Source: Guillardia theta CCMP2712 (lineage: Eukaryota; Protista; Cryptophyta). Taken from it: a stretch of 64,000 nucleotides of DNA. Below the pieces are notes generated by a model that made no database searches, was not told the DNA's origin, and worked only from the letters and a program-made list of their open reading frames with translations. Position 1 is the stretch's first letter. Each line of letters begins with the position of its first letter. A program made the translations under genes and the position numbers. The stretch is from assembly GCF_000315625.1 (NCBI RefSeq), contig NW_005434656.1, forward strand, positions 479,741 to 543,740. Direction: 5' to 3'. Positions 47,780 through 61,291 of the stretch are shown in pieces.

Positions 47780-50700
47780 ATGTCTGCAGCTGCTCCTTAT
47801 CATGATACCGGCTTTAATTTGATGAGCCTTCTCGTTTATGTCTTCATCTTCTCTTCTCTTGCGCTCCTATTGAAACAGGTATGCTTTTCCACCGTAACCA
47901 GGAAGACGCGATCCAGGCGAGCAGTCTCGGACAGATCGAAGAGCGAGAGCGAAGAGAAGCATCGCGATGCATCAAGTGAGAGAGAATCATTGAACCAAGC
48001 AAGCCGAAAGCCCTTGTCTCCCAGCTCGCAACCTCCTTCGCTCTTTTATCGCAGGTCACGACGCGAATTGAACTACCCGGGTACCCCACAGCACCATGGA
48101 GCGAGTGAGCCCAAGTTTCGAGTGATCAACCTTGCGGAGCCGCAGGAGGGATTGAAGGCTGCTGTGAAGTTTGGGGGGTCGAGTCTCTTGGATGCCTCCG
48201 TCGTCGCGTCTCCACGCGTGGAAGTGAGTCGTTGGGAGAGAGAAAGACCGAGCAGCGCAGCGCACCCTGCTCAGACTCCTAAGCGCCTCTCCTCTACCCC
48301 AAGGATCTCGAGCTTAAGAGATAGTCTGAGTCCTCGTCGAGCAGCGCTGCCGTTGTTTTCCTTGTCACCTAGAGCAGATGAGGGAGGGGCGGACGTGAGG
48401 TCGAATCAAACAGGAGACGTGCATGAACTCGAAGCGGCTCGACGAGGTAGCGCCCGCATCAATCATAATGCTCCTTCTCCGAATATCCAAACGACTGCGA
48501 ATAATACCAGGGAATTCCTGAGCGATTCAGTGCTCAACAGTCCTCCTGTGGTGAGAAGCAGTGCTGGCTTGCATCTTATAATATTCACGCACTTTTAAGA
48601 TCGACAACAAGGAGAACAAGTCGCCCAGTCCTAGCAGTAAGTTTTTGTCCTGCGGTTTCCCTTCATTCATTCTCTTGCAGAAATGGAACTTTTGAAACGC
48701 CGAGCTCGAGGTCTCACTCCTGATCCCTCTGGATTGACTCCTCTGCGCAAGCGAAGGTTTCGGTCGTGTTGCTGTCCGTTGCTTGGATTCACATTATGGA
48801 CAGGGCAATCACTGCTAACGTAAATAACTGGCTCTCGCCAAATCTAAAGCGAAAGTTTGACGGCCAGAGTTTATCTGATGCCAGAAAAACGTACAAGTCT
48901 CAAAGGGCTGTAGCTACAGCCATGCGGTGAAAAACATCTGAATGATGTCTTGTCTAAGCTCAAGCTGTTGCAGTGACGATAGAATGTATACCGCTGCACC
49001 TGACAGCCAACTTCTCCCGGTACCTACGAAGATCGGTATCCACTTTCAACTGGTTTAATCAAGAAATGCTTCTTGTTTTGATTTTGCAAATCAGGGTCGA
49101 CAAGCAGCACATTGGATTCATGTCAATCAGCTACAAATCTCGATCTGAACAAAGGCTCTTCCGTCCAATTTAACTCATCAGCTGCATTGAAACCTCAAGC
49201 AGATGGCCAAGCAGTTTATGGAACAAAAATTTCCGGTGAAACCAAAAGCAAACATCTCGCTTCGTCTAACTTGATGAGGCAGATGAAAGCTCAGCAGGAG
49301 GTAACACAGGCAATGTCAGCTTTGGGAGCAGCAGGATAGGTAGTGGAGCAGAAGCTCCGGCGTTCGGGAGCACAAACGCAGCGGCTCCGGCGTTCGGAAG
49401 CACAACCGCAGCGGCTCCGGCGTTCGGGAGCAGCAGCGGGGCAGCTCAGGCGTTCGGGAGCACAACCGCAACGGCTCCGGCGTTTGGGAGCACAACCGCA
49501 ACGGCTCCGGCGTTTGGGAGCACAACCGCAACGGCTCCGGCGTTTGGGAGCAGCAGCGGGGCAGCGGCTCCGGCGTTCGGGAGCACAACCGCAGCGGCTC
49601 CGGCGTTCGGGAGCAGCAGCGGGGCAGCGGCTCCGGCGTTCGGAAGCACAACCGCAGCGGCTCCGGCGTTCGGGAGCAGCAGCGGGGCAGCTCCGGCGTT
49701 CGGGAGCAGCAGCGGGGGAGGAGCTCCGGCGTTCGGGAGCAGCAGCGGGGGAGGAGCTCCGGCGTTCGGGAGCAGCGGCGGGGCAGGAGCTTCGGCGTTC
49801 GGGAGCAGCGGGGCAGGAGCTTCGGCGTTCGGGAGTACCGGGGCAGGAGCTCCGGCGTTCGGGAGCAGTACCGGGGGAGGAGCTCCGGCGTTCGGGAGCA
49901 GCGGGGGAGGAGCTCCGGCGTTCGGGAGCAGCACCGGGGGAGGAGCTTCGGTGTTCGGAAGCAGCGGGGCAGGAGCTCCGGCGTTCGGGAGCAGTACCGG
50001 GGCAGCGGCTCCGGCGTTCGGGAGCAGCAGCGGGGGAGGAGCTCCGGCGTTCGGGAGTACCGGGGCAGCGGCTCCGGCGTTCGGGAGCAGTACCGGGGCA
50101 GGAGCTCCGGCGTTCGGGAGCAGCGGGGCAGGAGCTCCGGCGTTCGGGAGCACTGGGGCAGCGGCTCCGGCGTTCGGGAGCAGCAGCGGGGCAGGAGCTC
50201 CGGCGTTCGGGAGCAGTACCGGGGCAGGAGCTTCGGTGTTCGGGAGTACCGGGGCAGCGGCTCCGGCGTTCGGGAGCAGTACCGGGGCAGGAGCTCCGGC
50301 GTTCGGGAGCAGCGGGGGAGGAGCTCCGGCGTTCGGGAGCAGCAGCGGGGCAGGAGCTCCGGCGTTCGGGAGCAGTACCGGGGCAGGAGCTTCGGTGTTC
50401 GGGAGCACCGGGGCAGGAGCTCCGGCGTTCGGGAGCAGCAGCGGGGGAGGAGCTTCGGCGTTCGGGAGCAGCAGCGGGGGAGGAGCTCCGGCGTTCGGGA
50501 GCAGCGGGGGAGGAGCTCCGGCGTTCGGGAGCAGCAGCGGGGGAGGAGCTTCGGCGTTCGGGAGCTCCGGGGGAGGAGCTTTGGTGTTCGGGAGCAGCGG
50601 GTCAGCCTTTGGGAACTCTAATTTCTCAGCTCCTGGCTTCGGTTGTCAGCCTCCAGGGGTGTCTGCAGCACCTTTTGGGTTCGGTTCAGCGCCTGCATTG

Positions 50701-50805
50701 GGTGGAGGAGGAATGGATGGACCTGCCGTGCCTGGGCCTGCAAAGAGAGCAGGGTCGAAAGGATCAGGCAAGGGAAGGGGGTCAGGCAGGGGAAGGGGTC
50801 GATGA
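47780..50805 (+). CDS. POM121-like transmembrane FG-repeat nucleoporin, multi-exon
   Basis: N-terminal TM helix (LMSLLVYVFIFSSLALLL), S/P/R-rich linker, KRKFD NLS-like motif, about 40-45 APAFGS(S/T) repeats in the last exon (open from ~49283), basic RG tail. Confidence 0.7.
49354..50600 (+). repeat. 27/30-bp coding minisatellite encoding (G/A)APAFGS(S/T)
   Basis: GCTCCGGCGTTCGGGAGC core repeated; all unit lengths are multiples of 3. Confidence 0.9.
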
Positions 50806-50912
50806 TGGAATGCACGATGTTGCTTGTTCAGACATAACGAGAGAGATAAACGACAAGGCTGAGCCTCGAGGTACATGAGATGCCTGTATGTGCTGGAGGG
50901 GCAGGAGGGTCT

Positions 50913-52104
<1,192 letters not shown>

Positions 52105-52551
52105 TCATTCCCTGTGATGCCGCTGTTGCCGTCTCACCGTGTAGCCTACGTCTTGAGCAGGGAACTGCTGAAGGACGAGCAAGGTTTGGGGGACGAGGAA
52201 GCACGAAGGCTGATGGGAAGACGCGAGCAGCGATGGAGCAGCGAGCAGAGGAGAGGAGGAAGCACAGTTGAACGGCTGCTGGGCCTCCCGTTGAGGAGAA
52301 GAAGCGACGGGCGACTATGATGGAGCGAGCTTGGAGCGAGCAGTGCAGGCAGGAGGAGGAAATGGGAATGAGGGGAGATGAGGGCAACACCTAAAACTGA
52401 GGGAGGGCAATAAAAAGATGAAAGAGGCGCATAAAGGTAAATTGCGAGATGCAGAGCAAACTAGAGGGAGGGAGGGAGGGAGGGAGGGAGGGAGGGAGGG
52501 AGGGAGGGAGGGAGGGAGGGAGGGGAGGGAGGGAGGGGAGGGAGGGAGGGG

Positions 52552-52651
52552 NNNNNNNNNNNNNNNNNNNNNNNNNNNNNNNNNNNNNNNNNNNNNNNNN
52601 NNNNNNNNNNNNNNNNNNNNNNNNNNNNNNNNNNNNNNNNNNNNNNNNNNN
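52552..52651. other. Assembly gap (100 N) within G-rich low-complexity sequence
   Basis: Run of n. Confidence 1.
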
Positions 52652-52812
52652 AGGGTTGGGGGGGGGGGGGGGGGGTATATGGGGACAGGAGCAAGGGGGA
52701 GCAGTAAAGGGAAACCAGATGAGAGAAGAAGAGAAAGGAGTAGAGTGTGAGGGTGTGGAGGGGGTGAGGTTGAAAAGTCCTGTGCTAATTATGATGCAGG
52801 GGGAGGAGAGAC

Positions 52813-53740
52813 ATGAGCAATCAAGAGGAGATGAATGGAATCACTACTCCCATGCATTTTCGCGTCAACACTAAGGGAATATCTGCTGAAGCCCAACAGG
52901 CTGTAGTCGACAGCATCCGAGTGGTGCCAAACTTTCCGAAGCCAGGTCTCTTCTTTAAGGATCTCTCGCTCCTCCTCGGCAACCCGGCGGCCTTTGGTAG
53001 CACCATTGATGCTCTCGTGCATAAGTATGCAGGACGCGGCATCACAGGTGCGCTTCTTCACTCTCCCCCCCCATCATCTTTCCCTCACATTCTCTCGTTG
53101 ATCGTCGCAGCTGTGGTCGGCATCGAGTGTAGAGGCTTCTGCTTCGCCGCGCCTGTCGCCATCGCCCTCAAAGTTCCTTTCGTACCTTTTCGAAAACCAG
53201 GAAAGCTCCCATGTGAGTCTGCGCCTCCTGTCGCCCGAAGGCTCACGGGGAGCAGGTAAAAGCATAGGAATCGACTTCAAGCAGTCAGCAGGGAAGCACT
53301 CGGCCTACTTCGGCAAGGACAGGTCCTCCCGCCCGCCCGTTGGTGACACAGTGCTGAACCTCAAACGCATAGGTTGGAGATGCATGAAGATGGACTGACG
53401 GCAGGCTCCAAGGTGTTGAGCTGGGGGAGAGCTGAGAGTGCAGGTGGTAAGGCGAACTTGTCACAGGTCCTGGTCATCGACGACCTACTGGGAACAGGGT
53501 CGACCATGTTCGGAGCTTGTGAGCTGGTGGGTTGAGCCCCGCAATGTGGAGCGACTTTGACGTTGAGATCAGGTCGAGAAGGTCGGGGCAACCGTCGTCG
53601 AGTGCGCGTGCATAGTGGAAGTGAAGGAGCTCGCTGGTCGGGAGGTGATGCTTTGCTCTCGCTTGTCGTGTGCCATATTGACAGGCTTGTAGCGTGTGAA
53701 ACGGGATATTTTCATCTTGATTGAAGACGCTGAAGATTAA
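52813..53740 (+). CDS. APRT: Adenine phosphoribosyltransferase, multi-exon
   Basis: IRVVPNFPKPGLFFKDLS, GIECRGF, RKPGKLP and PRPP motif VLVIDDLLGTGST. Confidence 0.93.
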
Positions 53741-53773
53741 ACTTTCAATCCTCTTTGAGATTTATTGATAAGC

Positions 53774-55880
53774 TTACATGTTGGAACGAGACGAAGACGA
53801 TGGGACCCCAGCGTGGACCTTCCAACTCAACAAGTCGTCGATGCTCACAGTTTTTCGTGCCTCTGTCCCATCTTTTAGCTGCCTCGCGCTACTTCCTTTC
53901 TCCTTGAGACGATTACCGTCAATCAGAAAGTTCAAGGTACGTGCAAGCATCGACACAGGAGATATTCGCTCGACCGTCAGCTTGAATCGAGTATTGCGCA
54001 GCCCCCAAGCCTCGCGGAGGAAGCGACCAGCGCTGTCCTCGTCAACTAGGATGTCGTTGATGCCGACTAGTCGATCCCCCACCTGCCCGTCGCATGTCAG
54101 TCCTAGACCAGATCGTTCAGTTGGATCACCTGCAGGCCGATGCGCTCCGACGGCGAGCCAGCGATTATCTTGATGATTCGACCTCCCTCTAGGAGCAGCC
54201 CAAACGTTCCCTGCCGGTCTGCTGGCTTCCCACGCGACCTTGCTGGGTCCTCATCGCTAGGAGCTCGTTGCTGGCTATCAGTGGCCTGAACCTTGACCGT
54301 TGCCACGAGATTCTCGCGATTCTCCCCTTCCTCCTCTTGGGGTCTGCCTTGCTGCTGCCGCCAGATTCTTTGAGTGATCGAATCCTCCACTCCTCGCATC
54401 GTATCTTTTGAAACGTACTCGAGACTAGTTTCTTTTGCTGGCGCGACTTCAGCTCGGTCGCGCGTTTCCCTCCTGCGCTCGGAGCTTGTTGGTCTTCTGG
54501 TCGCTGCTCTCTCCCAGCCCCTGCCATGTTTGTCATACCGCGTGTCAACATCCCCCGGCGCATCCTCTTGCTCACTCTATCACCCCTGCCCTGCTGCTGT
54601 GTGCGCGGTTCTCGTCTCGACCAGAGGAGATGTGAGAGCCATCGGAAGCGTCGCCGTGCTCTCCCTCCGACTCCGAGTCTAATGGCCGTCAGATGAGCGA
54701 GCGCATCGCGTGACTCACCGCTGACAAGCGAAGAGCCGTCCACCTCAACGCTCCCTTCACTCAGAGCTCGTCCGCTCCCCTGCCGCAGCCTCATGCATAC
54801 TCCGCTCAACACCTTCACCTGCTCTTCCAGGCTCTGGCGAAGTTTTCGCTCGCGCGCGAGCTCCTGCTTCAGTTCTAGCACGCTCATGGCATGATCCTTC
54901 GCGTCGTCCGCGGGGTCTTCTACCTCCCACGATCGGATGGTCTCGAACATGTCAGCAAAGGTAGGGCGGGAGGAAGGTTCGTAGCTGAAGCAAGCGAGCA
55001 ACATCCTGTGGATGGCGGGAGGGAGGCCCGAGGGGAGAGGGGGAATCGCTCCCTCAAGCACGCAGGATATGATCTTCGCCATCTTGACGTCCTGCCACGG
55101 CCGGTCGCCTGAGATCATCTCGATCAACGTGCAGGCGAAGCTCCATGAATCCGCCTTGGACGAGATGCCGCAGAACCTCTCGGGGTCGAAGGCTTCGGGG
55201 CTCATGTAGTTGAAAGTTCCTTGCACGTTTGAAGGCATGTGCAGGGAGTTCTCTTGCAGGATCTTGGATATGCCGAAGTCAGCGACCACGCAGTGATCGA
55301 GGTCATCCAAGAGAATGTTAGCAGGCTTCAAGTCCTGCAACACGATGTTCTGCTCGTGAAGCTCTGCCACCGCCTTGCAGATCTCAGCAGCGTACTTCTT
55401 CACGAGCTTTGCTCCAAGACTTCTCCGCGGTTGCTGTTGGATCAGGTCCTGAAGGCTCTGACGGTACAGTCGCATTACGATGCAAAGTTTCCCGTCCTTG
55501 ATCGTCGTGCCGTAGACCTTGCAGACGTTGTGGCACCTCATGGCGGCGAGAAACAGCACCTCCGTCTCACGCCGGAACATGTCCATCTCCTGCTCCATCC
55601 ACACGCTCGGGTATCTCTTGACCGCCACCTTCCTCCGCCCCGACCCTTCCAGCAGCTCCCCCAGCCAGATCTCCCCGAGGCCTGAGTCTTCGGTCTTGAG
55701 CTTATCGAGGAGGAGGACGCGAGATGGGTCGATCTCCAGGGGGCCACGAGGACGGTCTCCTATCTGCATCTGAGGGCAGGGAATCAGCTCCACCTAGTCA
55801 GCAGGCACATCCTCTCATCTTCGCCTTGGTGAATCCAACAGAAACCTCCTCCTCCCGGCCCCACGTCCCCTTTCGGTCAT
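53774..55880 (-). CDS. TKL-group (KEG-like) protein kinase with coiled coil and C-terminal PDZ-like domain
   Basis: VAVK, VLQDLKPANILLD, VADFG, GTFNYMSPE, ADSWSF; C-terminal FGLLLEGGRIIKIIAGSPSERIGLQVGDRLVGIN; first exon uncertain. Confidence 0.85.
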
Positions 55881-56576
55881 AGTGTCCTTTCTCTCGCTCC
55901 TCTCGTCTCCTCTCTCTCCCTCTGCTGTGGTTTCTTATCTTCCCTTGCACTTAAGAGCTATTCGATTCTATGTCTTGCCCTGCTGCATAGTGTCACCTCA
56001 TCTCGTTCTTTGCCCTCCTTCACTTCACTGGTTCTTCTCATTTATGTCCAGGGATATGATGATTTGTATGGTGTCTAAGCTTCACTTAGCTAGTCTCTAC
56101 TCTCAGTTTTCTTCTCTTCTCTTCTCTTTCTCTTCTCTTCTGCTCTCCTCTCTACTCTACTCTCAGTTCTCCTGTCCTCTCTACTCTACTCTACTCTTGC
56201 ACTTTCTCTTCGCTTCTCTTTCTCTTTCTCTTTCTCTTCTCTTCTCTTCTCTTCTCTTCTCTTCTCTTCTCTTCTCTCGCTTTGCTTGTTCGTCAGAAAG
56301 GATTGAACTCTTCCGTTTTCCTTGTTTTGTTCTTTTCTGTAGACATTCAGGATGGCAACAGGGGTGGGTGCCGATGATTGTAGGGTATGGAAGAGGAGGG
56401 GTACTTGAACACAGAGGATAGGATCCTACAATTATTGGTTGATTCGAAAGATCAATGAGCTAGAGACCAGGAGGTGGGTACAAGGGAGTGAGGGTAGGGT
56501 CTCAACCTGGATGGGTGGGGTGGAGGCTGCTATTGGACCAAGTGGGGGTGGGAGCTTGATATGCCCGTAGGGCCGC

Positions 56577-57771
56577 ATGGAGACGGCGATGGCGACATGC
56601 ATCGCGACAGGCAGGCAGACCGGAGGCGTCAGCGATGAAGCGAACATGGCTGCCATACCCGCCTGTGGAATCAGAGGGAATGCGAAGGAGAAACAGCAGC
56701 AGAATCTCTGCATGCCGAAGCAAGATGGAGGTCTGGTCAAGCTTGTGAGCGATGCGCCATGAGCGTTGAGGAGATCAGCCATGCCATGGAGGACAAGGAG
56801 GAGCAGATGGACCTCCAGGACGGCACTCGATGGCCGTCAGTGAACGATGTAGGCGGTAAAAATGAACCCGAAGGAGAAGTCGATGGTGGACAGAGCAAGA
56901 AGCGATCATTGCAGCGATCAGAAAGTTCAAGACGAGAATCAACAAAGAGTTTGCAGAGAGATAGGTTGAAAAGAAATGCGCAGCTGTTCAACAACAAGAC
57001 AGCGATGCTTTGCTATGCTCAGGACTGTCAGCCCAAGACAATTACTGCGAATGCTCGAGTGGAGAGAAAGCGCTTCAAGTTTCTGCCGAGGCTGACAGAG
57101 TTTCTTAGGGGAAGAAGTGACGAGGAGAGGGTAGAAGCGATGGAAACAGAAGGCTTGGAGCACGAGGAGATGGCTTTCTCTTCCAGCAGTCCCTTTCGAA
57201 CTCCCATGCTTGGGCCTCTCAAGGTGATGCAAGACTGACCCCTCGCCCTTCCTCACCCTTGCGCAGAAAGTCTTGGACAAGCAGAAAGAAATCCGAGAGC
57301 GATATCGCAGCCCCACCCACATCAAGCGAAGTGACAGCGACGGGTGGGCTGTTGAAGAAAAGCAGCAAGCCATTCTACCTGCTCAGCAACTGAGCGGGAG
57401 CAGGGGAAAGAAGGCAGCTAGCGGCAATACGGCTCTAAGTCAGCAGCTGAAAGACAAGAGATCGAGCTCGTCTCAGCCTGGCGGTCGATCTAGCAGGTTG
57501 TGGGATTTGCTGCATGCGGACCTTGAGAAGAAGAAGTACGAGACAGAGCAGCAAGAGGCGCTGATGTACCTGTTCAAGTATGTCTTTCACTACTTACTCT
57601 GCTCTCAGATCTCTGGCAGCATCACAGGACAACATGGGCGACGCCTACACTCTGGTTCGTCAACAAGTTGTATGTGAGCTTTTCGAGTGAGACTCTTGGC
57701 AGTTGCCTCTGAAGAAACGATCAAGCTCGTTGGCTTGGGCTTGTGGGTTGCAATGTCGCGGAGGATTTTGA
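56577..57771 (+). CDS. Hypothetical protein, multi-exon
   Basis: Coding-like ORFs 56759-57238 and 57273-57677 separated by short introns. Confidence 0.5.
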
Positions 57772-57932
57772 GACTTGGGAGATGGGGGAGGGGCAAAAGA
57801 AGCTGATAATCCGTGTTGTAGCTTATCTTACTTGCTTGGTAAAGAGACCAGAGACCCGGTTTACATCAGCTTCAATGTTACAATTCCAGAGATCGACATG
57901 CTCTAACTCAAAGCCCATCTCGCACTTCTTCG

Positions 57933-59955
57933 CTAGTTTTCCGAGTTGTCGGAAGGCAACATCCATGGCATCCTCGCCACATATCTACCCTCTGCTACAG
58001 CAGGTGAGCTCTCCTTGCGCTCTTCCTCGTTCTCTTGTCCTTTGTCCTGAATCTCAAGGCTTTCAACTATCGTTGGCACTTCATCTTCCAGAACAAAGTC
58101 ATCCAAGTCGATCAGGTCGAATCGCTTCTGCATCAGCTCCTTTAAGCGCTTGGCCCGTTTGAAGAGCTTTGCTTGCGCCCCTCTCAACCCTCCGCTCCTT
58201 TCGTCCCTCGGCTGCAAGGTAAAGTGATCGTCTACAAGCTGTAGCAGGCACGAGAGTGAAGGCCCAAGGAAGTTGGACTTTGCGATCTCGTCACGAAAGA
58301 AATCAGCCGGAACATGCTCGAGTTGCCGCCGAAGGGTGAGAACGAATTCAGACATGAGCTCAGGCTTGTCTGCGAGCATCTTTCCGCAAGAGCACAGCAG
58401 AGCCACACAGTTCTTCCAGAAGTCTAGAGCTTCCAACGAAGCGAGGAGCAGGAAGAGCAGAAAAGCGATTTGAAGCTCGGCGAGCAGTTCTCTCCAACTA
58501 GACAGAAGTGAGCAGGAGGAGAGCAGGAGGAGAGCAGGAGGAGAGCAGGAGGAGAGCACCTGTCACTCAGATGCGCAAGGACATGCTGCAGACGTATGCT
58601 CCCGTCCATGTTGAACTCGCTTATCTGCCACCACCATGAGCTCACCGCAGCCACTCCTCCACGTCTCCTCACATCCGCTGCTGTCATGCCTGGAAGGCGC
58701 CGCGAGGAGGACATCTCCACGAACTTCGGGGCCTGAGCGGGAGTCATGCGAGTGCCGTGGCGTCAAGCAGGATGCGGGTCTGGTCGCAGCCTCACCACAG
58801 GAGCATGCTCGACAGGTTGATCCTTGCGAGAAGCGCCTCCCGCCATGATGACTCGTGGAGCTATGCCGCATCGATCTCTTCAACAAGTATCTCCAATCAG
58901 CTCAGTGAAAATCTCTTGAAGCAGCTTCGGAAAGAGGAAGGGCTTACAGCGTGTCAAGAGTTATCCTGCGACATAAAAGTCACAAGAATGCCATTTTCTC
59001 CTCAGGCGTCTGTATAGTACATGTTGGAAAGCTTCAGCCATGCTTGGTAGTCTCCATCAGGAAATCTGACAGAGCTGTTAGTCATGGATAGTGCCTTTCT
59101 AGAGGACAGACTTCCCCAGCTCGGAATCAAACTGATACTCCTTAACCTTCAAGCACAGTCTTTCAGTACCGAAGGCATATATGCAGTTGTCAATCACACA
59201 GCGATCGCCAATCTCTCAGCCTGTTCGCGGTCATCGATGAGTCGAAGGTCCTCCAGTTTCTTTCAATCGTATTACTAGACCTCATCTCATGCAGACGCTT
59301 TCTCATTACCGCATCCCAAGTCCATGTTTCAATGCTCGACTTGCAGAAATGAAGGAAAGTGGCATGCTGTTTGACTATCACTCTCCTTCACATCCGACGG
59401 GATCACCTTGTCATGTCCTGCATCCCAGCACACCAGATGAAGACCAGGAGGAATCATTTTGATCCCTTTGAACTTCTCGCCGCAGACAAGACCAGCCATG
59501 TCGCAAGTCATCTCCGCCCCTGCCCACCCCACAAGACCGCCATGTGAGCACAGACCAACTCGAGGAAGCATCACCCCCAAGTCAAAGCATGCGGGGATAG
59601 TAGCGCATGCGGGGATAGTAGCGCATGCGGGGATAGTAGCGCATGCGGGGATAGTAGCGCATGCGGGGATAGTAGCGCATGCGGGGATAGTAGCACATGC
59701 GGGGATAGTAGCGCATGCGGGGATAGTAGCGCATGCGGGGATAGTAGCGCATGCGGGGATAGTAGCGCATGCGGGGATAGTAGCGCATGCGGGGATAGTA
59801 GCGCATGCGGGGATAGTAGCGCATGCGGGGATAGTAGCGCATGCGGGGATAGTAGCGCATGCGGGGATAGTAGCGCATGGTTGGCCTCTACCTCGCGGCA
59901 TCTCCAGGCACAGTAGTGTCCCTCCAGCATGGAGCTGTCGCAGAGCCTCCTCCAT
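57933..59955 (-). CDS. AAR2: U5 snRNP assembly factor AAR2, multi-exon
   Basis: GEKFKGIKMIPPGLH, LAELQIAFLLFL..SLEALDFWK..V.LLC, QLEHVPADFF..NFL. Confidence 0.9.
59587..59878. repeat. 18-bp minisatellite (GCATGCGGGGATAGTAGC) x16 in AAR2 intron 1
   Basis: Direct read. Confidence 0.95.
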
Positions 59956-60131
59956 GCCTGAATCTTTACTCAACAGCCTCTCCGATCGAGATCACAAGTC
60001 CGCCTCGGACTTTGAAAGAAGGCAGCGAATGAGGGGGATGAGGGGAGAGGACGGCAGAGGCGACGGCAGGGAAACGAGAGACGGGAAGAGGAGGAAGAAG
60101 ATGGTGATGGACGAGCGAGGAGAGTTCAAGA

Positions 60132-60283
60132 AGGACAGGACAGGACAGGACAGGACAGGACAGGACAGGACAGGACAGGACAGGACAGGACAGGACAGGA
60201 CAGGACAGGACAGGACAGGACAGGACAGGACAGGACAGGACAGGACAGGACAGGACAGGACAGGACAAGACAAGACAGGACAG
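60132..60283. repeat. (GGACA)n microsatellite
   Basis: Direct read. Confidence 0.95.
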
Positions 60284-60573
60284 GGACTGTAGAAGAGAAA
60301 TGAGAAAAGAATTGTGGGAAATGAAGGATGATGTGGTATGATGGCGGCAGAGGTGGTTAGCAAAATGCTTTGCGATGCGAGAGTGTAAGAAGGATCACGA
60401 TGATTAGAGTGTGTAATGTTGCACTGGCAGAGCTGAAGGCTAACAAGGAAGGATAGGAGGAGGAGTGATCAGACCGTTGATATTAGTTTAGAAAGAAGGA
60501 GTAGCAGTCTGTCTAGCGTTACTTCCTAAGCCGCACGGAAGGGTGAGGTGGTTGATATAGAGAATGACCCCTC

Positions 60574-61279
60574 GAGAATAGAATGGTGGCAGTAGTACTG
60601 CTGGAGAATAGAATGGTGGCAGTAGTGCTGCTGGAGAATAGAATGGTGGCAGTAGTAGTACTGCTGGAGCATAGAATGGTGGCAGTAGTAGTACTGCTGG
60701 AGCATAGAATGGTGGCAGTAGTAGTACTGCTGGAGCATAGAATGGTGGCAGTAGTGCTGCTGGAGAATAGAATGGTGGCAGTAGTAGTACTGCTGGAGCA
60801 TAGAATGGTGGCAGTAGTACTGCTGGAGCATAGAATGGTGGCAGTAGTAGTACTGCTGGAGCATAGAATGGTGGCAGTAGTAGTACTGCTGGAGCATAGA
60901 ATGGTGGCAGTAGTAGTACTGCTGGAGCATAGAATGGTGGCTGTAGCTCTGCTGGAGCATAGAATGGTGGCAGTAGTAGTACTGCTGGAGCATAGAATGG
61001 TGGCAGTAGTACTGCTGGAGCATAGAATGGTGGCAGTAGTAGTACTGCTGGAGCATAGAATGGTGGCAGTAGTAGTACTGCTGGAGCATAGAATGGTGGC
61101 AGTAGTAGTACTGCTGGAGCATAGAATGGTGGCAGTAGTGCTGCTGGAGAATAGAATGGTGGCAGTAGTAGTACTGCTGGAGCATAGAATGGTGGCAGTA
61201 GTAGTACTGCTGGAGCATAGAATGGTGGCTGTAGTAGTACTGCTGGAGCATAGAATGGTGGCAGTAGTAGTTCTGCTGG
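60574..61279. repeat. 33/30-bp minisatellite (GGAGCATAGAATGGTGGCAGTAGTAGTACTGCT) x ~22
   Basis: Tandem units differing by one GTA triplet; no spacers. Confidence 0.95.
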
Positions 61280-61291
61280 CAGACCCTCCTA

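Noticed and set aside
49343-50878. 511-aa LRRSG-repeat ORF and antisense PNAGA-repeat ORF
   Set aside because: These are alternative frames of the FG-repeat exon. The PAFG frame splices to the upstream exons and has a known functional motif.
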